A stretch of 59,648 bases of DNA from a virus. Its lineage: Duplodnaviria; Caudoviricetes. A model generated the notes under the pieces. It was not told the DNA's origin. It made no database searches and saw only the letters and a list, made by a program, of their open reading frames with translations. Positions within the stretch are counted from its first letter, which is position 1; each line of letters starts with the position of its first letter. Location: positions 1 to 59,648 of the IMG/VR virus record IMGVR_UViG_3300037264_000296; one strand, 5' to 3'. Both the position numbers and the translations under genes were made by a program. Shown piece after piece: positions 20,695-31,271 of this stretch.

Positions 20695-21015
20695 TTAGAA
20701 ATCCGTATGTAATACAGAGGTATCATCAGGAATTGTAGGTTCTACTTCTGTTACTTCACCTACTTCTTGTGGATCATCATCAGGAATTGGTGGTGGATAT
20801 GCTTTTGATACTTCACATTGAGGATATGTTTCAGGATCTGCATCTGTTACATCACATACTGGTAGTGGTTTAATATCAATAGCTGCACTATTTCCGTTTG
20901 ATCTTCCAGCAGTAAGTTCTACTACAGCCGCTTTATCCTTAAGATCAATACCTTGTTTAGCTACCCAGTCTACAATAGCTTCGTTAATTTCTTCATGGTT
21001 TAAATTCATTTTCAT
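20695..21015 (-). CDS. Conserved N4-like hypothetical protein with acidic/Pro tail
   Basis: LNHEEINEAI...QGIDL...ELTAGRSNGNSAAIDI resembles genes downstream of SSB in N4-like phages. Confidence 0.55.
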   Translation of the reverse strand: MKMNLNHEEINEAIVDWVAKQGIDLKDKAAVVELTAGRSNGNSAAIDIKPLPVCDVTDADPETYPQCEVSKAYPPPIPDDDPQEVGEVTEVEPTIPDDTSVLHTDF

Positions 21016-21296
21016 TTATCTAATACCTCATTCCAATCTTCTGAAAGTACATCAGTTTGTGATGCTAACCAAGGTACAAAACAATTATCTGCTGTTTTCA
21101 TACCAATCCAAGGAGATAATCTAAGTTCCTTATCTACTCTTGAATTCATTAAAATATGTTCAGGTTTAACTAAAGATAAGTACATACCTTTACCATTCCA
21201 ACCTTCACGCGCTACTTTCTTTTCTTCTTTTAATGCTTTAATAGCATCACCAAAAGTATATATTTTAAGATACAATTCATTATCTAAATTTTTCAT
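21012..21296 (-). CDS. DUF2829 / Tad2-like anti-defence signal sponge
   Basis: FGDAIKALKEEKKVAREGWNGKGMY...PWLASQTDVLSEDW signature. Confidence 0.8.
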   Translation of the reverse strand: MKNLDNELYLKIYTFGDAIKALKEEKKVAREGWNGKGMYLSLVKPEHILMNSRVDKELRLSPWIGMKTADNCFVPWLASQTDVLSEDWNEVLDK

Positions 21297-21698
21297 TTAT
21301 TCTTTTCCTGTTTTTAGTAAAAATTCTTGTTCAAAATATCTACGCAAATGATGTTCAGCATTTCCTAGAATAATGTTCATTCCTTGAATTGCTTTAAGTA
21401 AATCATCACTTAAATCTACACAAGCATTAGCATTAGTTTCTTTTAGTAAAGAATCTTGTAAATGTCTAATAACATGCTGCTGTCTTTCTACAATTGAATA
21501 CGCTTTTTTCATTTATTCTTCCTCTGTTAAAAACGAACCTGTGTTACAAAAATGAACTAATGAATCTAATTTCACTTGTTCATACTCTACTGCTGATTGA
21601 ATTACATGATCTGTAATATCTTCAATAGTATCTAACAATTCTTCATTAGATACATAGCTAAACATGTTTGGTGCTAATACGATTGTCAATTCTGACAT
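21297..21698 (-). CDS. Two small hypothetical proteins (21297-21512, 21513-21698)
   Basis: Tightly packed ORFs with RBS-like sequences. Confidence 0.55.
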
Positions 21699-21700
21699 TG

Positions 21701-22087
21701 TTACTCCTTTATTTCAGTAATTATAATTTCTACTCGTGGGTTAAGTTTATCAACTGCACCAAAACGATTATTTGAACCAATAATAAATTTATAGTTATCA
21801 TCTTTTATAAGACCTAAGTTTTTTAAACAGTCTTGAAAGAACTTTGCATGAATAGAAGTTACATTGTCTAAATCAAACAATACTAATGACTTAGGATATA
21901 CAACATATTCAATAGTAATTCTATCAAACTGAGGTAATAACATTAGTTGGTTTAAAATATCTTTACCATATTGAATCTTGGCATTGTTTAAAGTGAATTT
22001 TTCAGTATTCCGATATAACCCTAAATTCAATGTCCATAGTTTCTTTTTAGTAACAAGTACTCGTAATGGTGAGTTGATAGTGTACAT
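21701..22087 (-). CDS. RusA-like Holliday junction resolvase
   Basis: DLDNVTSIHAKFFQDCL...IKDDN...PRVEI pattern. Confidence 0.75.
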   Translation of the reverse strand: MYTINSPLRVLVTKKKLWTLNLGLYRNTEKFTLNNAKIQYGKDILNQLMLLPQFDRITIEYVVYPKSLVLFDLDNVTSIHAKFFQDCLKNLGLIKDDNYKFIIGSNNRFGAVDKLNPRVEIIITEIKE

Positions 22088-22815
22088 TAGAATGATGATG
22101 CTGATGTTTGTTTAGGAACTCCAGTAGTTACTCCACCAGTTACAGGTTTGAATTTATCAACTAAGATACCTGCTTTCTTTTCAACCCATAAATCTCTAAA
22201 TGTAGCTGGTTTATTAGAAGCTAATTCTTCTGTAGTAAATCCTACTTCATTAAAGATTTTAACATGAACATTTTCTAAACGATCTTCGTTAGTAGGAACA
22301 TAAAGTTTTGTACCATTAGGTTTCAGTTGACCTGAATCAGCAGTTTTATTCACACGTCTTTCTTCAATAGCCATTTGAATCTTAGCACCAATAACATCCA
22401 TAAACATTTCTACATTAATCTTTTCTTGATCTTTGGAGAATTGTTTAATAACTGTTTTGGTTTGAGCAGAGTCTTGCACTTCTACTAATGATTTACCTAC
22501 TGCAAGTTTACAGATAGTATCTAATTGGTCATACCCAATAGTATTTACTCGTTTACCTTTAGTATCACCATAAGTACTGATAGTAGTGTAATCACCTGTT
22601 TTATCCATGAAGTAAATACTTGGACTAAATAATTTTTTATCAGGAGTTTCTAATACTAATTGCATTGAATAACTACCACCAGCATTTTGAACCATGTACA
22701 TTTGTCTAATAGTTAAATCGTATACACCTGTATCAAGTGTAAATTTACCACCGCCTAACACATCTTTTTCTACTACTGCTACTACATCTTTATGTTGTGT
22801 TTGTTGAATCTTCAT
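22087..22815 (-). CDS. Single-stranded DNA-binding protein (N4 gp45-like)
   Basis: EKDVLGGG..LDTGVYDLTI N-terminus, C-terminal F, synteny. Confidence 0.8.
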   Translation of the reverse strand: MKIQQTQHKDVVAVVEKDVLGGGKFTLDTGVYDLTIRQMYMVQNAGGSYSMQLVLETPDKKLFSPSIYFMDKTGDYTTISTYGDTKGKRVNTIGYDQLDTICKLAVGKSLVEVQDSAQTKTVIKQFSKDQEKINVEMFMDVIGAKIQMAIEERRVNKTADSGQLKPNGTKLYVPTNEDRLENVHVKIFNEVGFTTEELASNKPATFRDLWVEKKAGILVDKFKPVTGGVTTGVPKQTSASSF

Positions 22816-22838
22816 CTTTAATTATTTCTCGTTTTGGT

Positions 22839-23561
22839 TTAGTTAAAATATTTATGTAATCTATCAATTACAAGTTGTACATCATTGTTGACATAAATTT
22901 CATTTGTACTCCACATACCTAATGGACTACGAATTCTTTCATTAACAGTATCTTTAGTTAGCTTGGTTTGAAATACATATTTGTAACCAAGTAACTCTTC
23001 TTCTTCAGTGAATGTTAGTAATTCACTTTCATAAGCTCTAAGTTTAGTAATAGGTAATTTCTTAGAAGCGATTACATTACAGAAGAATGCTTCTACACCT
23101 GTATTCATTAATGACCCTTTAACTTTTACAAGTGTTTCATTAATCATTTCAGCTTCATTCATTACATCCATTGTATGAGCCATCATAATAATATTCTTAG
23201 TAGATGCTGCTACAGTATGTTGCATTAATTTCTTAAAGAACTGAGCATAGTCGCCCCAAGCTTTCATACCATTAGAAGCTGTAAGAACATAGTTAGTTTC
23301 ATACTGATCCATCATAAATGTAATAGTATCTATGATAGTAGTATGAATGTCAGGTCTTGATTCAAGTAATTCAATATTAGCAGGAACTACTAATGGATCA
23401 ATTACTGTTACTTCTTTAAACTTACTCTTAAAAGGTAATCGTTTATTACTCTCACAATTTTGATATAACACTCCTTCTGGGTTAGATAAATTTCTAAGAC
23501 TAGAACTTTTACCAGTTGCGCTCTTACCAACTATAAGTACTACATTATTGTTTTCATGCAT
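22839..23561 (-). CDS. Sak4-like AAA ATPase (N4 gp44-like)
   Basis: GKSATGKSSSL, NCES, IIDTITFMMD, ERIRSPLGM. Confidence 0.85.
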   Translation of the reverse strand: MHENNNVVLIVGKSATGKSSSLRNLSNPEGVLYQNCESNKRLPFKSKFKEVTVIDPLVVPANIELLESRPDIHTTIIDTITFMMDQYETNYVLTASNGMKAWGDYAQFFKKLMQHTVAASTKNIIMMAHTMDVMNEAEMINETLVKVKGSLMNTGVEAFFCNVIASKKLPITKLRAYESELLTFTEEEELLGYKYVFQTKLTKDTVNERIRSPLGMWSTNEIYVNNDVQLVIDRLHKYFN

Positions 23562-23799
23562 TTAATTCCTCTTGTATTAATTTTAATTTATGGTTTATTG
23601 GTAATGTTTTACTATGTTTATTTACAAACAAAATTGCTTTATGTAAAAGATGGTTTAAATCAGAATAAACACTTGCTTCAAATTCACTAACATTTACATC
23701 TTTAGGTGTATGTAATGTAAACTTTAAACAATGTGTAGCACCATTATTTGTGAATTCTAACTTATCTGTTTGCCAAAGTAAGTACTCTAATTCTTTCAT

Positions 23800-25947
23800 T
23801 TAATTTCTCTTTTGGATTGCTTTTGATACAGTAATAAATATAGTTGAATGAATTTCTCCTTCATCTAATTTATTAGATAATTTTTCATTTAAGTCTAATA
23901 CTTTAGACTGTACTTCTTGTTCAGATAAACCAGAATCAACTAATAATAATGCATACTTAATCATTTGATTACTGCGATTACCATCTTTAAATTTATCTAC
24001 AAACCATCTTTCTATATTAGATAATGATTGTGTATCTAACAGTCTTTTCTTCTTTTCCTCAGCCTTAGAGGTTTTAGGAATAAATTGTAATGCATCTAAT
24101 AAAATACCTTCATTGTATTCATAATGTCCTTTATTAGCTAACCACTTTTTACTACGCTGATGAGTATCGTCAACTGTTTTAAATGGAAGCCAATTAACTA
24201 CGTTATACATGAATTCTTTGTACTCTTCAGCATTAAGATTTAACTCATGGCTTATAGGCATAACAAGTCTAAATCTATTATGTTCAGAAGTGTGTCTTTT
24301 AGTTATATAAACCAAGTAAGTATAATCTTTCATAAGTAATTTAGCAGTAGCTAAATCTATCCCTTCATCAATATCTAGTACAAGCATATTAAATCTAGGT
24401 ATAGCATCACATTCTTGCCTATAATTATTAAGAAAATGATGGTTACACCAATGTAGATTTTCTATCTGAGTACCTATATAAACCTCATTCCATTGTTTAA
24501 ACCTTGGTTCAAATCCTGCTGCTTGAGCATCACCAGGAGCAATAATAATAGACATAATCATATTACTTAAGTCAGTCTCTTTTAATGATTCACCACTTAA
24601 GAATTCAATACCATCAAGATAATTCTTTTTAATGATTGTATTGTTTTTATATCCCCATGCTATAGCAAGTGTTAATTGATCTCTTCTAAATGCTTCAGTA
24701 CCTTTAAACCAAGGAATCTCAGATACCATATCTGCTTGAGTAACTTCAGTTTTATTAGATAGATACTTTGCTAATCTTACATAAGACTTATCTCTAGTCA
24801 TCATTCTTTCAAATGCTTTACCAGAATCTTCTGTAGCTAACACTGCTGCATTCCACAATTCTTCAGTAATTTCATGTGAACCAACTATAAATGCATAAGT
24901 ACCTGCTAGTTTAGTTGCTTTAAAGTATCTATGGCTTAATTCTGCTTTACGAGCTACTTCATTAGTACCTAATAGTTTTGCTTTTTCTTGACAATCTATC
25001 ATGTACTGAATACGTCTAATAGCTTGTTCTTTAGACTCATAAATCTCTTTATTGAAATTTATCATATCTGCTAATTGACCTAATGTTTTTAATGTAGCAG
25101 CTAGATTGTTTCTCATGGTTGGGTCTGTTGCTACATTGTATATTTCTTCAGCAGATAGTTGTTTTGTTATTGATTGCTCTACATAACTAAAGAAACATCT
25201 TCTTGCATAACCAGTTACTAATAAGTCATCAAACTCTTTTTCAAGTTTTGAACCATCGAACAGAATATCATGTGTTCCAAATAACATCATATTAGTTGGA
25301 ACAGCTCCATGAATTTCTTTTACTCTTACAGATTCCTTAGTGTTTTTAATTAACTTAGTTCCTATCACTCCAACATCGAATGTCTCTAAATAATTAGTTA
25401 GTAGTTCCTGGTTTCCAGTCATATTCTTAGCAATCTCATCCATTTCAAATGACAATGCTCCCGCTCCAATTAATAATCCTTTATGTCTTTGCTGTTTAAA
25501 TGCTGCACTTGTTCCACTATCAAAATTAAATAAGAATTCTCCTGTACCACGATACTCTTCAGTTAATTTCTTAAGTTCTTCTTCAAAGTCAGAACCAGTT
25601 TTAATACTTCTTTTAGTTGCTAAATCAAATAATTTTTTATCTGCAATTGCTGGTAAAGTATTTTCTATGAAGTTATCTCTAAAAGTTTCAATTACATTAT
25701 CTCTAATAATGTTTAAAGAATGCCCTTTACTATACCCAGATCCTGCTAATCCAATAAGATACATATTTACAGGTATAACTCCTCTATCAGCAGTAATAAC
25801 TACACATCTCATTGTTGATGCTAGTTTTGTAAGCTGATAGTTAGCAACATTCCTGAAGTATCCTCTGTCATAATTCTGAGTAATAGCACAAACACCATTT
25901 ACTATTATTTCTGTTGGTTTAAAATATCCTTCAGGAGTTACATTCAT
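23800..25947 (-). CDS. DNA primase-like replication protein (N4 gp43-like)
   Basis: GSGYSKG, FEMDEI, TGYARR, VLDIDEG, TKRHT...RFRLVMP, GNRSNQMIKYA. Confidence 0.85.
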   Translation of the reverse strand: MNVTPEGYFKPTEIIVNGVCAITQNYDRGYFRNVANYQLTKLASTMRCVVITADRGVIPVNMYLIGLAGSGYSKGHSLNIIRDNVIETFRDNFIENTLPAIADKKLFDLATKRSIKTGSDFEEELKKLTEEYRGTGEFLFNFDSGTSAAFKQQRHKGLLIGAGALSFEMDEIAKNMTGNQELLTNYLETFDVGVIGTKLIKNTKESVRVKEIHGAVPTNMMLFGTHDILFDGSKLEKEFDDLLVTGYARRCFFSYVEQSITKQLSAEEIYNVATDPTMRNNLAATLKTLGQLADMINFNKEIYESKEQAIRRIQYMIDCQEKAKLLGTNEVARKAELSHRYFKATKLAGTYAFIVGSHEITEELWNAAVLATEDSGKAFERMMTRDKSYVRLAKYLSNKTEVTQADMVSEIPWFKGTEAFRRDQLTLAIAWGYKNNTIIKKNYLDGIEFLSGESLKETDLSNMIMSIIIAPGDAQAAGFEPRFKQWNEVYIGTQIENLHWCNHHFLNNYRQECDAIPRFNMLVLDIDEGIDLATAKLLMKDYTYLVYITKRHTSEHNRFRLVMPISHELNLNAEEYKEFMYNVVNWLPFKTVDDTHQRSKKWLANKGHYEYNEGILLDALQFIPKTSKAEEKKKRLLDTQSLSNIERWFVDKFKDGNRSNQMIKYALLLVDSGLSEQEVQSKVLDLNEKLSNKLDEGEIHSTIFITVSKAIQKRN

Positions 25948-26043
25948 AATTTACCTATTCACCAAAAAACAGAATATTCCTAAGCCAATCATTGTTATAG
26001 CAAATCCTATGCTATCTTTCCATTCTAATAATACTGTACACAT

Positions 26044-26763
26044 TTACTCACCTTTAGGTAAAGATTCTCTATCAACACCACCACACCAAATCTTAGAATA
26101 AACAGATCTTGATTTATTTAAACCATATCTACTATTTAATAATTCTGCGAATTGTTGAGTAGTTCTAACTCCGCCAATTCTACCTATACAATACTCAGAA
26201 TACATAAACTGAATATCATCATACTGTTTCTGAGTAATTTTAGTAGTATCAGATTGTTTACGAATTTTTTCATTGCGGATAAGTTCTCTTGGATATACCT
26301 TACCAGCTTTAAGTTGAGCAATAGATTCTGTTAGATGATTGGCATTAGCAAGTGAACCCAATAGATAGTTAGTTTCTTGGTTTAATGAATCATCAATAAT
26401 ACGTTCTTTAGCTACTTCAGTACAATGATTTAAAATACCTTCTTTTTGTAAGAAGTCATCAAAATTAGAACCTACATGTGTAGGATTTATCTCAATAGAT
26501 GCTTTAAGATATTTCTCAAATACTGCATAAGCATCTTTAAGATCTTGAGGAGCATCATCTGGTAATACTGGATAAGTAAACGGTACAACTGTTTCAGGTA
26601 ATTCAGTTACTGATTCAACTTCATATCTGAATTCTGGTAATTCTAATGGAGACATCATTGGATCAAAACTACTTGCTAAAGTATCTGCTTCATTAGCATC
26701 TATAGCATCTACTTCAAATTCAAAAGGATAGACTACATCTACCTTACATTTATATCTAGGCAT
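26044..26763 (-). CDS. Mosaic protein containing two antitoxin-like segments
   Basis: HVGSNFDDFLQKEGI and QETNYLLGSLANANHLTESIAQLKAGK segments. Confidence 0.6.
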   Translation of the reverse strand: MPRYKCKVDVVYPFEFEVDAIDANEADTLASSFDPMMSPLELPEFRYEVESVTELPETVVPFTYPVLPDDAPQDLKDAYAVFEKYLKASIEINPTHVGSNFDDFLQKEGILNHCTEVAKERIIDDSLNQETNYLLGSLANANHLTESIAQLKAGKVYPRELIRNEKIRKQSDTTKITQKQYDDIQFMYSEYCIGRIGGVRTTQQFAELLNSRYGLNKSRSVYSKIWCGGVDRESLPKGE

Positions 26764-26792
26764 ATTATTTCCTTTGTTAATTATTTATTAAG

Positions 26793-26870
26793 TGTAGCAG
26801 GATAGGACTCGAACCTATATGAAGACACTCTAGCTGCATCTCTTGTCTACCATTCCAACACTACTGCTAC
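26793..26870 (-). tRNA. Aberrant tRNA-like element (Leu-type D arm, non-canonical anticodon arm)
   Basis: Acceptor GTAGCAG/CTGCTAC, GGAATGGTAGAC D loop, ATAGG-TTCGAGT-CCTAT T arm; no encoded CCA. Confidence 0.6.
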
Positions 26871-26911
26871 ATAATTATTTATTCAAAACAATGTGCGTAA
26901 GCACATTAAGA

Positions 26912-27883
26912 TTATTCTTGAATTAAACCTTTAGATTTAAGGTCTAAGTATTGTTCACAGATTGTACTGCAAGGACAGTAACCACATCTTTTAGCATAGG
27001 CTTTATATTCTACAACTAAACCAACATTACCATCTTTAATAAGTCTCATATTAGCTTCTGATTGTGAAGTAAAGTTCTTTGTACTTCTAGCAGTTTTAGT
27101 AGGATCTTTATAATATTTCCATACTGGATCATCCATCCATAAATCTTCTTTAGTACAGTCAGGTAATTCGCTTTCAGGTCTATCAAGTAACTTATCAATA
27201 GAATTAAGTTTATTAACAATATACTCTTCAATTACTTCTACTGGTTTAAGACTATATTTCTGTTCCATCCATCTTTTTTGAGGATAGTCTCTGTTTTGTC
27301 TAGCTTCTTTCTTACTCCAATCTGTAAATAACCAGAGAATACTAAAATCTTCTTGAGTTACTTTATCTTGGTTTAACCATCTGTAAATACTTGCTTGTAG
27401 AATATCCTTTTCAGCATTAGATTGAAAGATATAAGCATAAGCTTGTCTATTTTTTAAATCATTTAATCTACCATCAATAATGATGTCAAATTTACCTGTA
27501 ACAGTCCAACCTGCTATTTGTTTACTAGCACGTTGCTCTACATATACAGGTATAGTTCCTTCGGGTATATCCCAATGAGGATTGATTCTAATATTGTTTA
27601 TAACATCTTTATGATAACCTAAAGATTCAAATATTTTCTCTGGGTTACTTGTCCAAGCTTGTTCAAGTGCAGTATGAATAGCACTTCCTAAACTACTAGC
27701 AATTCTATCTGAAACATCCTCAATACCTTCACCAGTTAGTCTCTGTAACAAGATAATCTGTTTGGTAGTGTCTAATAAGGATGTTGCTGATATTGTCTTC
27801 TCAGAACGATTGTAATCATAATTACTGTGCAGAAACAATACACACAATGCTAGAGGAATTTGTTCTTTGTTTGTATATTGCAT
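26912..27883 (-). CDS. PD-(D/E)XK nuclease-like protein (N4 gp42-like)
   Basis: ISATSLL, GSAIH, VEQR, GKFDII...DLK, Q.SIYRWL, C-terminal CGYC...C. Confidence 0.85.
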   Translation of the reverse strand: MQYTNKEQIPLALCVLFLHSNYDYNRSEKTISATSLLDTTKQIILLQRLTGEGIEDVSDRIASSLGSAIHTALEQAWTSNPEKIFESLGYHKDVINNIRINPHWDIPEGTIPVYVEQRASKQIAGWTVTGKFDIIIDGRLNDLKNRQAYAYIFQSNAEKDILQASIYRWLNQDKVTQEDFSILWLFTDWSKKEARQNRDYPQKRWMEQKYSLKPVEVIEEYIVNKLNSIDKLLDRPESELPDCTKEDLWMDDPVWKYYKDPTKTARSTKNFTSQSEANMRLIKDGNVGLVVEYKAYAKRCGYCPCSTICEQYLDLKSKGLIQE

Positions 27884-28526
27884 TAAAATCCTTGATGTTG
27901 TAAATGCATAGCATCCATACCTTTCACATATCCTTCATCATAGAAATCTTTAAGCCTCTGTTCTAAACAAATAAGCATATCTCTTAACTCGGAAGTATTA
28001 TTGTGTCTAAACCAATCACATACTATTTCATCTTGATTTGGTTCTAATAGATTCATCATATTATCCCAGGTATCTTCTGTGTACTCAGTAAAATGATGTT
28101 GTAACGCTGTGTCTTGTGTATCAGTTAATTTATTCATGGTCTAGGGATCTCAGCTTGAACCTGTCCAATATATTTATATCTAAAAATAATTTCTTCTTTA
28201 GTTAAATCACTTATAGTATCCATATCATTTAAATACTTCAAAGGAATATTAATATAACCAGGTTCATTAAACCAGTCTGAGTTAGGTTTATAAATATCAT
28301 CTGGTTCAACATCTGGTAAATCTATTTCAACTAATATTTTCATTTAAACCTTCTTAAGTTTATAAACTTGTTCTACTTCGTAAACCATTTCACCTTTTTC
28401 AGTAACATCTGCTAATGCTAAAGCTTCAGTATCATAAATCATTGCTTTTTGTAATGAACCATAATCCATAAGTCCTTCAGCTTTAACAAATTGTGTTTTA
28501 CTCTTTGGTTTAGCTATTACCCACAT
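27883..28526 (-). CDS. Three small hypothetical proteins (27883-28137, 28134-28343, 28344-28526)
   Basis: Overlapping start/stop packing. Confidence 0.55.
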
Positions 28527-28914
28527 TTAACAACTCCTTAAGATCTTGCATCAATTTCTCTTTACGAGCTTTAGATTCTAGTGATTTCATAATTTTACCA
28601 TTCTCATCTTTAACTACTGTATCAGATACTTTAGCCATATTATTAGCATGAACTAAATTCCAAACATTTTGAGGATTTATTCCCATAGACCAGATTAAAC
28701 CAAGAGTAACAACTAATACATCTGAAGCTTCTTTAAGTACTTCTTCTCCGTTAGTATATTCAGAATCTGAATAAATATTTAGTGCTTCTTGAAGTTCTTC
28801 GACTTCTTCTTCAATTAGATTTTGATATAAGAATATCTGTGAAATATTTAATTCATTTGTAGTTTGGTTTCCTGCTTGCATAAATCTGCGTTGATCTTCA
28901 CTCATTGTATTCAT
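28510..28914 (-). CDS. MazG-like/PRA-PH all-alpha NTP pyrophosphohydrolase
   Basis: LIEEEVEEL...KEASDVLVV...VHANNMAK...DENGKIMK. Confidence 0.8.
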   Translation of the reverse strand: MNTMSEDQRRFMQAGNQTTNELNISQIFLYQNLIEEEVEELQEALNIYSDSEYTNGEEVLKEASDVLVVTLGLIWSMGINPQNVWNLVHANNMAKVSDTVVKDENGKIMKSLESKARKEKLMQDLKELLNVGNS

Positions 28915-28915
28915 A

Positions 28916-29515
28916 TTAATTCTCTATTGGTTTAATAAATTCTGGGTGTTCAAAGACATTAGGTGCAATGCTTTGAAGTAATTTTTCTATTTCTTGAGCA
29001 ACTTCTCTAATTTCCCATTGTGCTGCTTTACACAATCTATTCTTTAAGAAGTCCTTCCATCCTTGAAAGTTTAAGCATAAAGTAATATTTGTTGAACATG
29101 ACTGAGATAATACATATCTAGCATCTTCTTTTTTTATTCCTAATGCTATAGCTTCGTTATAGATAGATAGTCCTTCATTTAAATAATTGTTCCACTTCTT
29201 ATGGAACTCTTTATGTTGTACAACACTGTTTGGAATAACCCAAGATAAATTAGATTGAGACACATATCGTTGACTCTCTTGTAGAATACCTGCATGAGCA
29301 ATCCTTACAAGTTGATGTGAACAAACTCTGCTAATACCTAGTACTTCTATAGTTGCATAAGCAAATCTTAAAGTAGCTAAATGACCTACATCTTTACAAT
29401 GTACAGCTCTTTTAATATTAGATTCTCTATCAGATTTACCGTTGTAACATTTACTTGCAGCTAAACCAATTTTATTTTCAGCATCAGTTGTATGGTCTAT
29501 TAAGTTTACTTTCAT
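28916..29515 (-). CDS. thyX: Flavin-dependent thymidylate synthase
   Basis: ISRVCSHQLVR, QESQRY, EDARYVL, R.CKAAQWEIR. Confidence 0.9.
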   Translation of the reverse strand: MKVNLIDHTTDAENKIGLAASKCYNGKSDRESNIKRAVHCKDVGHLATLRFAYATIEVLGISRVCSHQLVRIAHAGILQESQRYVSQSNLSWVIPNSVVQHKEFHKKWNNYLNEGLSIYNEAIALGIKKEDARYVLSQSCSTNITLCLNFQGWKDFLKNRLCKAAQWEIREVAQEIEKLLQSIAPNVFEHPEFIKPIEN

Positions 29516-29518
29516 GGT

Positions 29519-29857
29519 TTAATAAAATGTATGATGACCTATGATAATAGATCGTTTATGTTTACCTAAACTATTCTCATGGAAATATAATTTAGATCCT
29601 ATTGGATTGTGTGTACAAGAATTAAGAATATCTTGTGCTACTTTGATTGACTCTTTGTTAGGGTATTTAGCTTTCTTTATATAACTAAACTGGTGTGGTT
29701 TATAAATGGTTTCACATATAGTCTGTGCTCCCATAAACTCTTCATTAGTTCTATTTAGTATTACATGTCCTACTGCTAACTTACCTTCTAATGGTTCACC
29801 TCTTGCTTCATTATTAATTGCAATAGCTAAACACATTACTGCTGTTGTCATAATCAT
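29519..29857 (-). CDS. SleB/Hydrolase_2 cell wall hydrolase
   Basis: CLAIAINNEARGE...AVGHVILNR...QFS...LYFH...IGHHTFY. Confidence 0.85.
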   Translation of the reverse strand: MIMTTAVMCLAIAINNEARGEPLEGKLAVGHVILNRTNEEFMGAQTICETIYKPHQFSYIKKAKYPNKESIKVAQDILNSCTHNPIGSKLYFHENSLGKHKRSIIIGHHTFY

Positions 29858-29915
29858 TTGTTTTTACTCATAATTTAAAATTACATTATGTAGTAATTTA
29901 TATTTTGAATCAAGG

Positions 29916-31271
29916 TTACACCACTGAACTGCGTTCAGTGTCGTGAGGGATAATAATCTTATACCCATCTTTATATTCTTCTAATGGTGTACTTGCTGAT
30001 AAATGAACTATACAACCTTTTCCATTAGTACAATATGAATATGCACCATCTATTTTTTCAAATATAAATACTGTGTATTCTTCAGAATTAGGATTAAGAA
30101 TGTAAATCTTACTCTTTTTAGGTATTTGATAAAGATTTTTCATAATAGTCTGCTTTTTTATATCCAAGCTCTTCTAACATTTGCTTATTAAGAGGACGTT
30201 TACTGTTACAGATTGCTGCTATGTATGATTGAGCACACTTATAATGTTCAGCAGCTTCAGCTTGTGTTTTAAAAGTTACACTGATATATTTTGAAAACTT
30301 CTTAGCTAAATCATCTCTTTTAATTAGTGTTTTCATTTTGTTTATTGTATGGATGCAGGTTAAGTTTTTGATACTCGTGCTCATATTCAAACCATCTCTG
30401 AGCAAAGATAAGTATCTTTCCTACTTCTGATATAGGTAAATCTTTTTTACCCATTCTAGCTAAGTATGCTTCAATATGAGCAGACATCTTAGCTCTAAAG
30501 ATACCAGGAGATTCTTCTCTAAACCATCTAGCTATTAAATCTTCACCTGATTGTGTTTTATAATTTTCATTCATGCTAATAAATCCTCTGGTTTATAATC
30601 TGGTTGAGAATCTAAGAATGCTCTTAATTGTTGTTTGTATAAATCCTTTACTTTTATAGAAGGAATTGGAATTATAATTTCACACCCATCTTTAGCTATC
30701 TCAGATATAAATGCTATTGCATCTTTAAAGTAAGGTACGTTCATTTAATACTCCTTGAATAATTAATTCAATTTCATCATCTTTTTTAACTTGTAACATG
30801 GCTAAAGCAATATTAAAGTTATTATTAACAGAACCAGCATAAAATACACATAATTGAATATAGAATCTCCAGTCTCTAATTCCATAATGCATTATTAAAC
30901 CAATATCAATAATAATACTTCTAAGTTCTTTAAACTCTTCTTGTGTTAATCCTTTAAATAGTTCCATTTTAGTGTATTAAGATATAAACGATGTTCAATC
31001 CTAGAACTAAACCTAAACAATAAAAAGCATTAGTTTTTCTTTTTATTTGTGAATATAAGTTTTGGTTGTCTTCATATAATTTAGTGTTTTTATTATGCAA
31101 ATCTGTGTTATTAGCTTCTCTATTTGAAATAGTAGAAGATAATTGTGAAATCATTGTATTTTTAGATTCTACTAAAGTTTCTAAATCTACAACTTGTTTT
31201 AATAATTTAGGATAGTCTAATGATTTATCCCAAATAACTGTTCCTAATTTAGAAATGTTAATTACTTTCAT
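29916..31271 (-). CDS. Cluster of small hypothetical genes, including an HTH protein (30118-30336) and a coiled-coil protein with C-terminal TM segment (30969-31271)
   Basis: TQAEAAEHYKCAQSYIAAICNSKR is HTH-like; ORF track. Confidence 0.5.

Noticed and set aside
26793-26870. Amber recoding suggested by the CUA loop
   Set aside because: TAG acts as a normal stop (e.g. vRNAP, SSB-region and early genes) and genes are not fragmented under code 11
26912-27883. Cas4 as evidence of a CRISPR system
   Set aside because: Matches the core N4 gp42-like nuclease in its usual position
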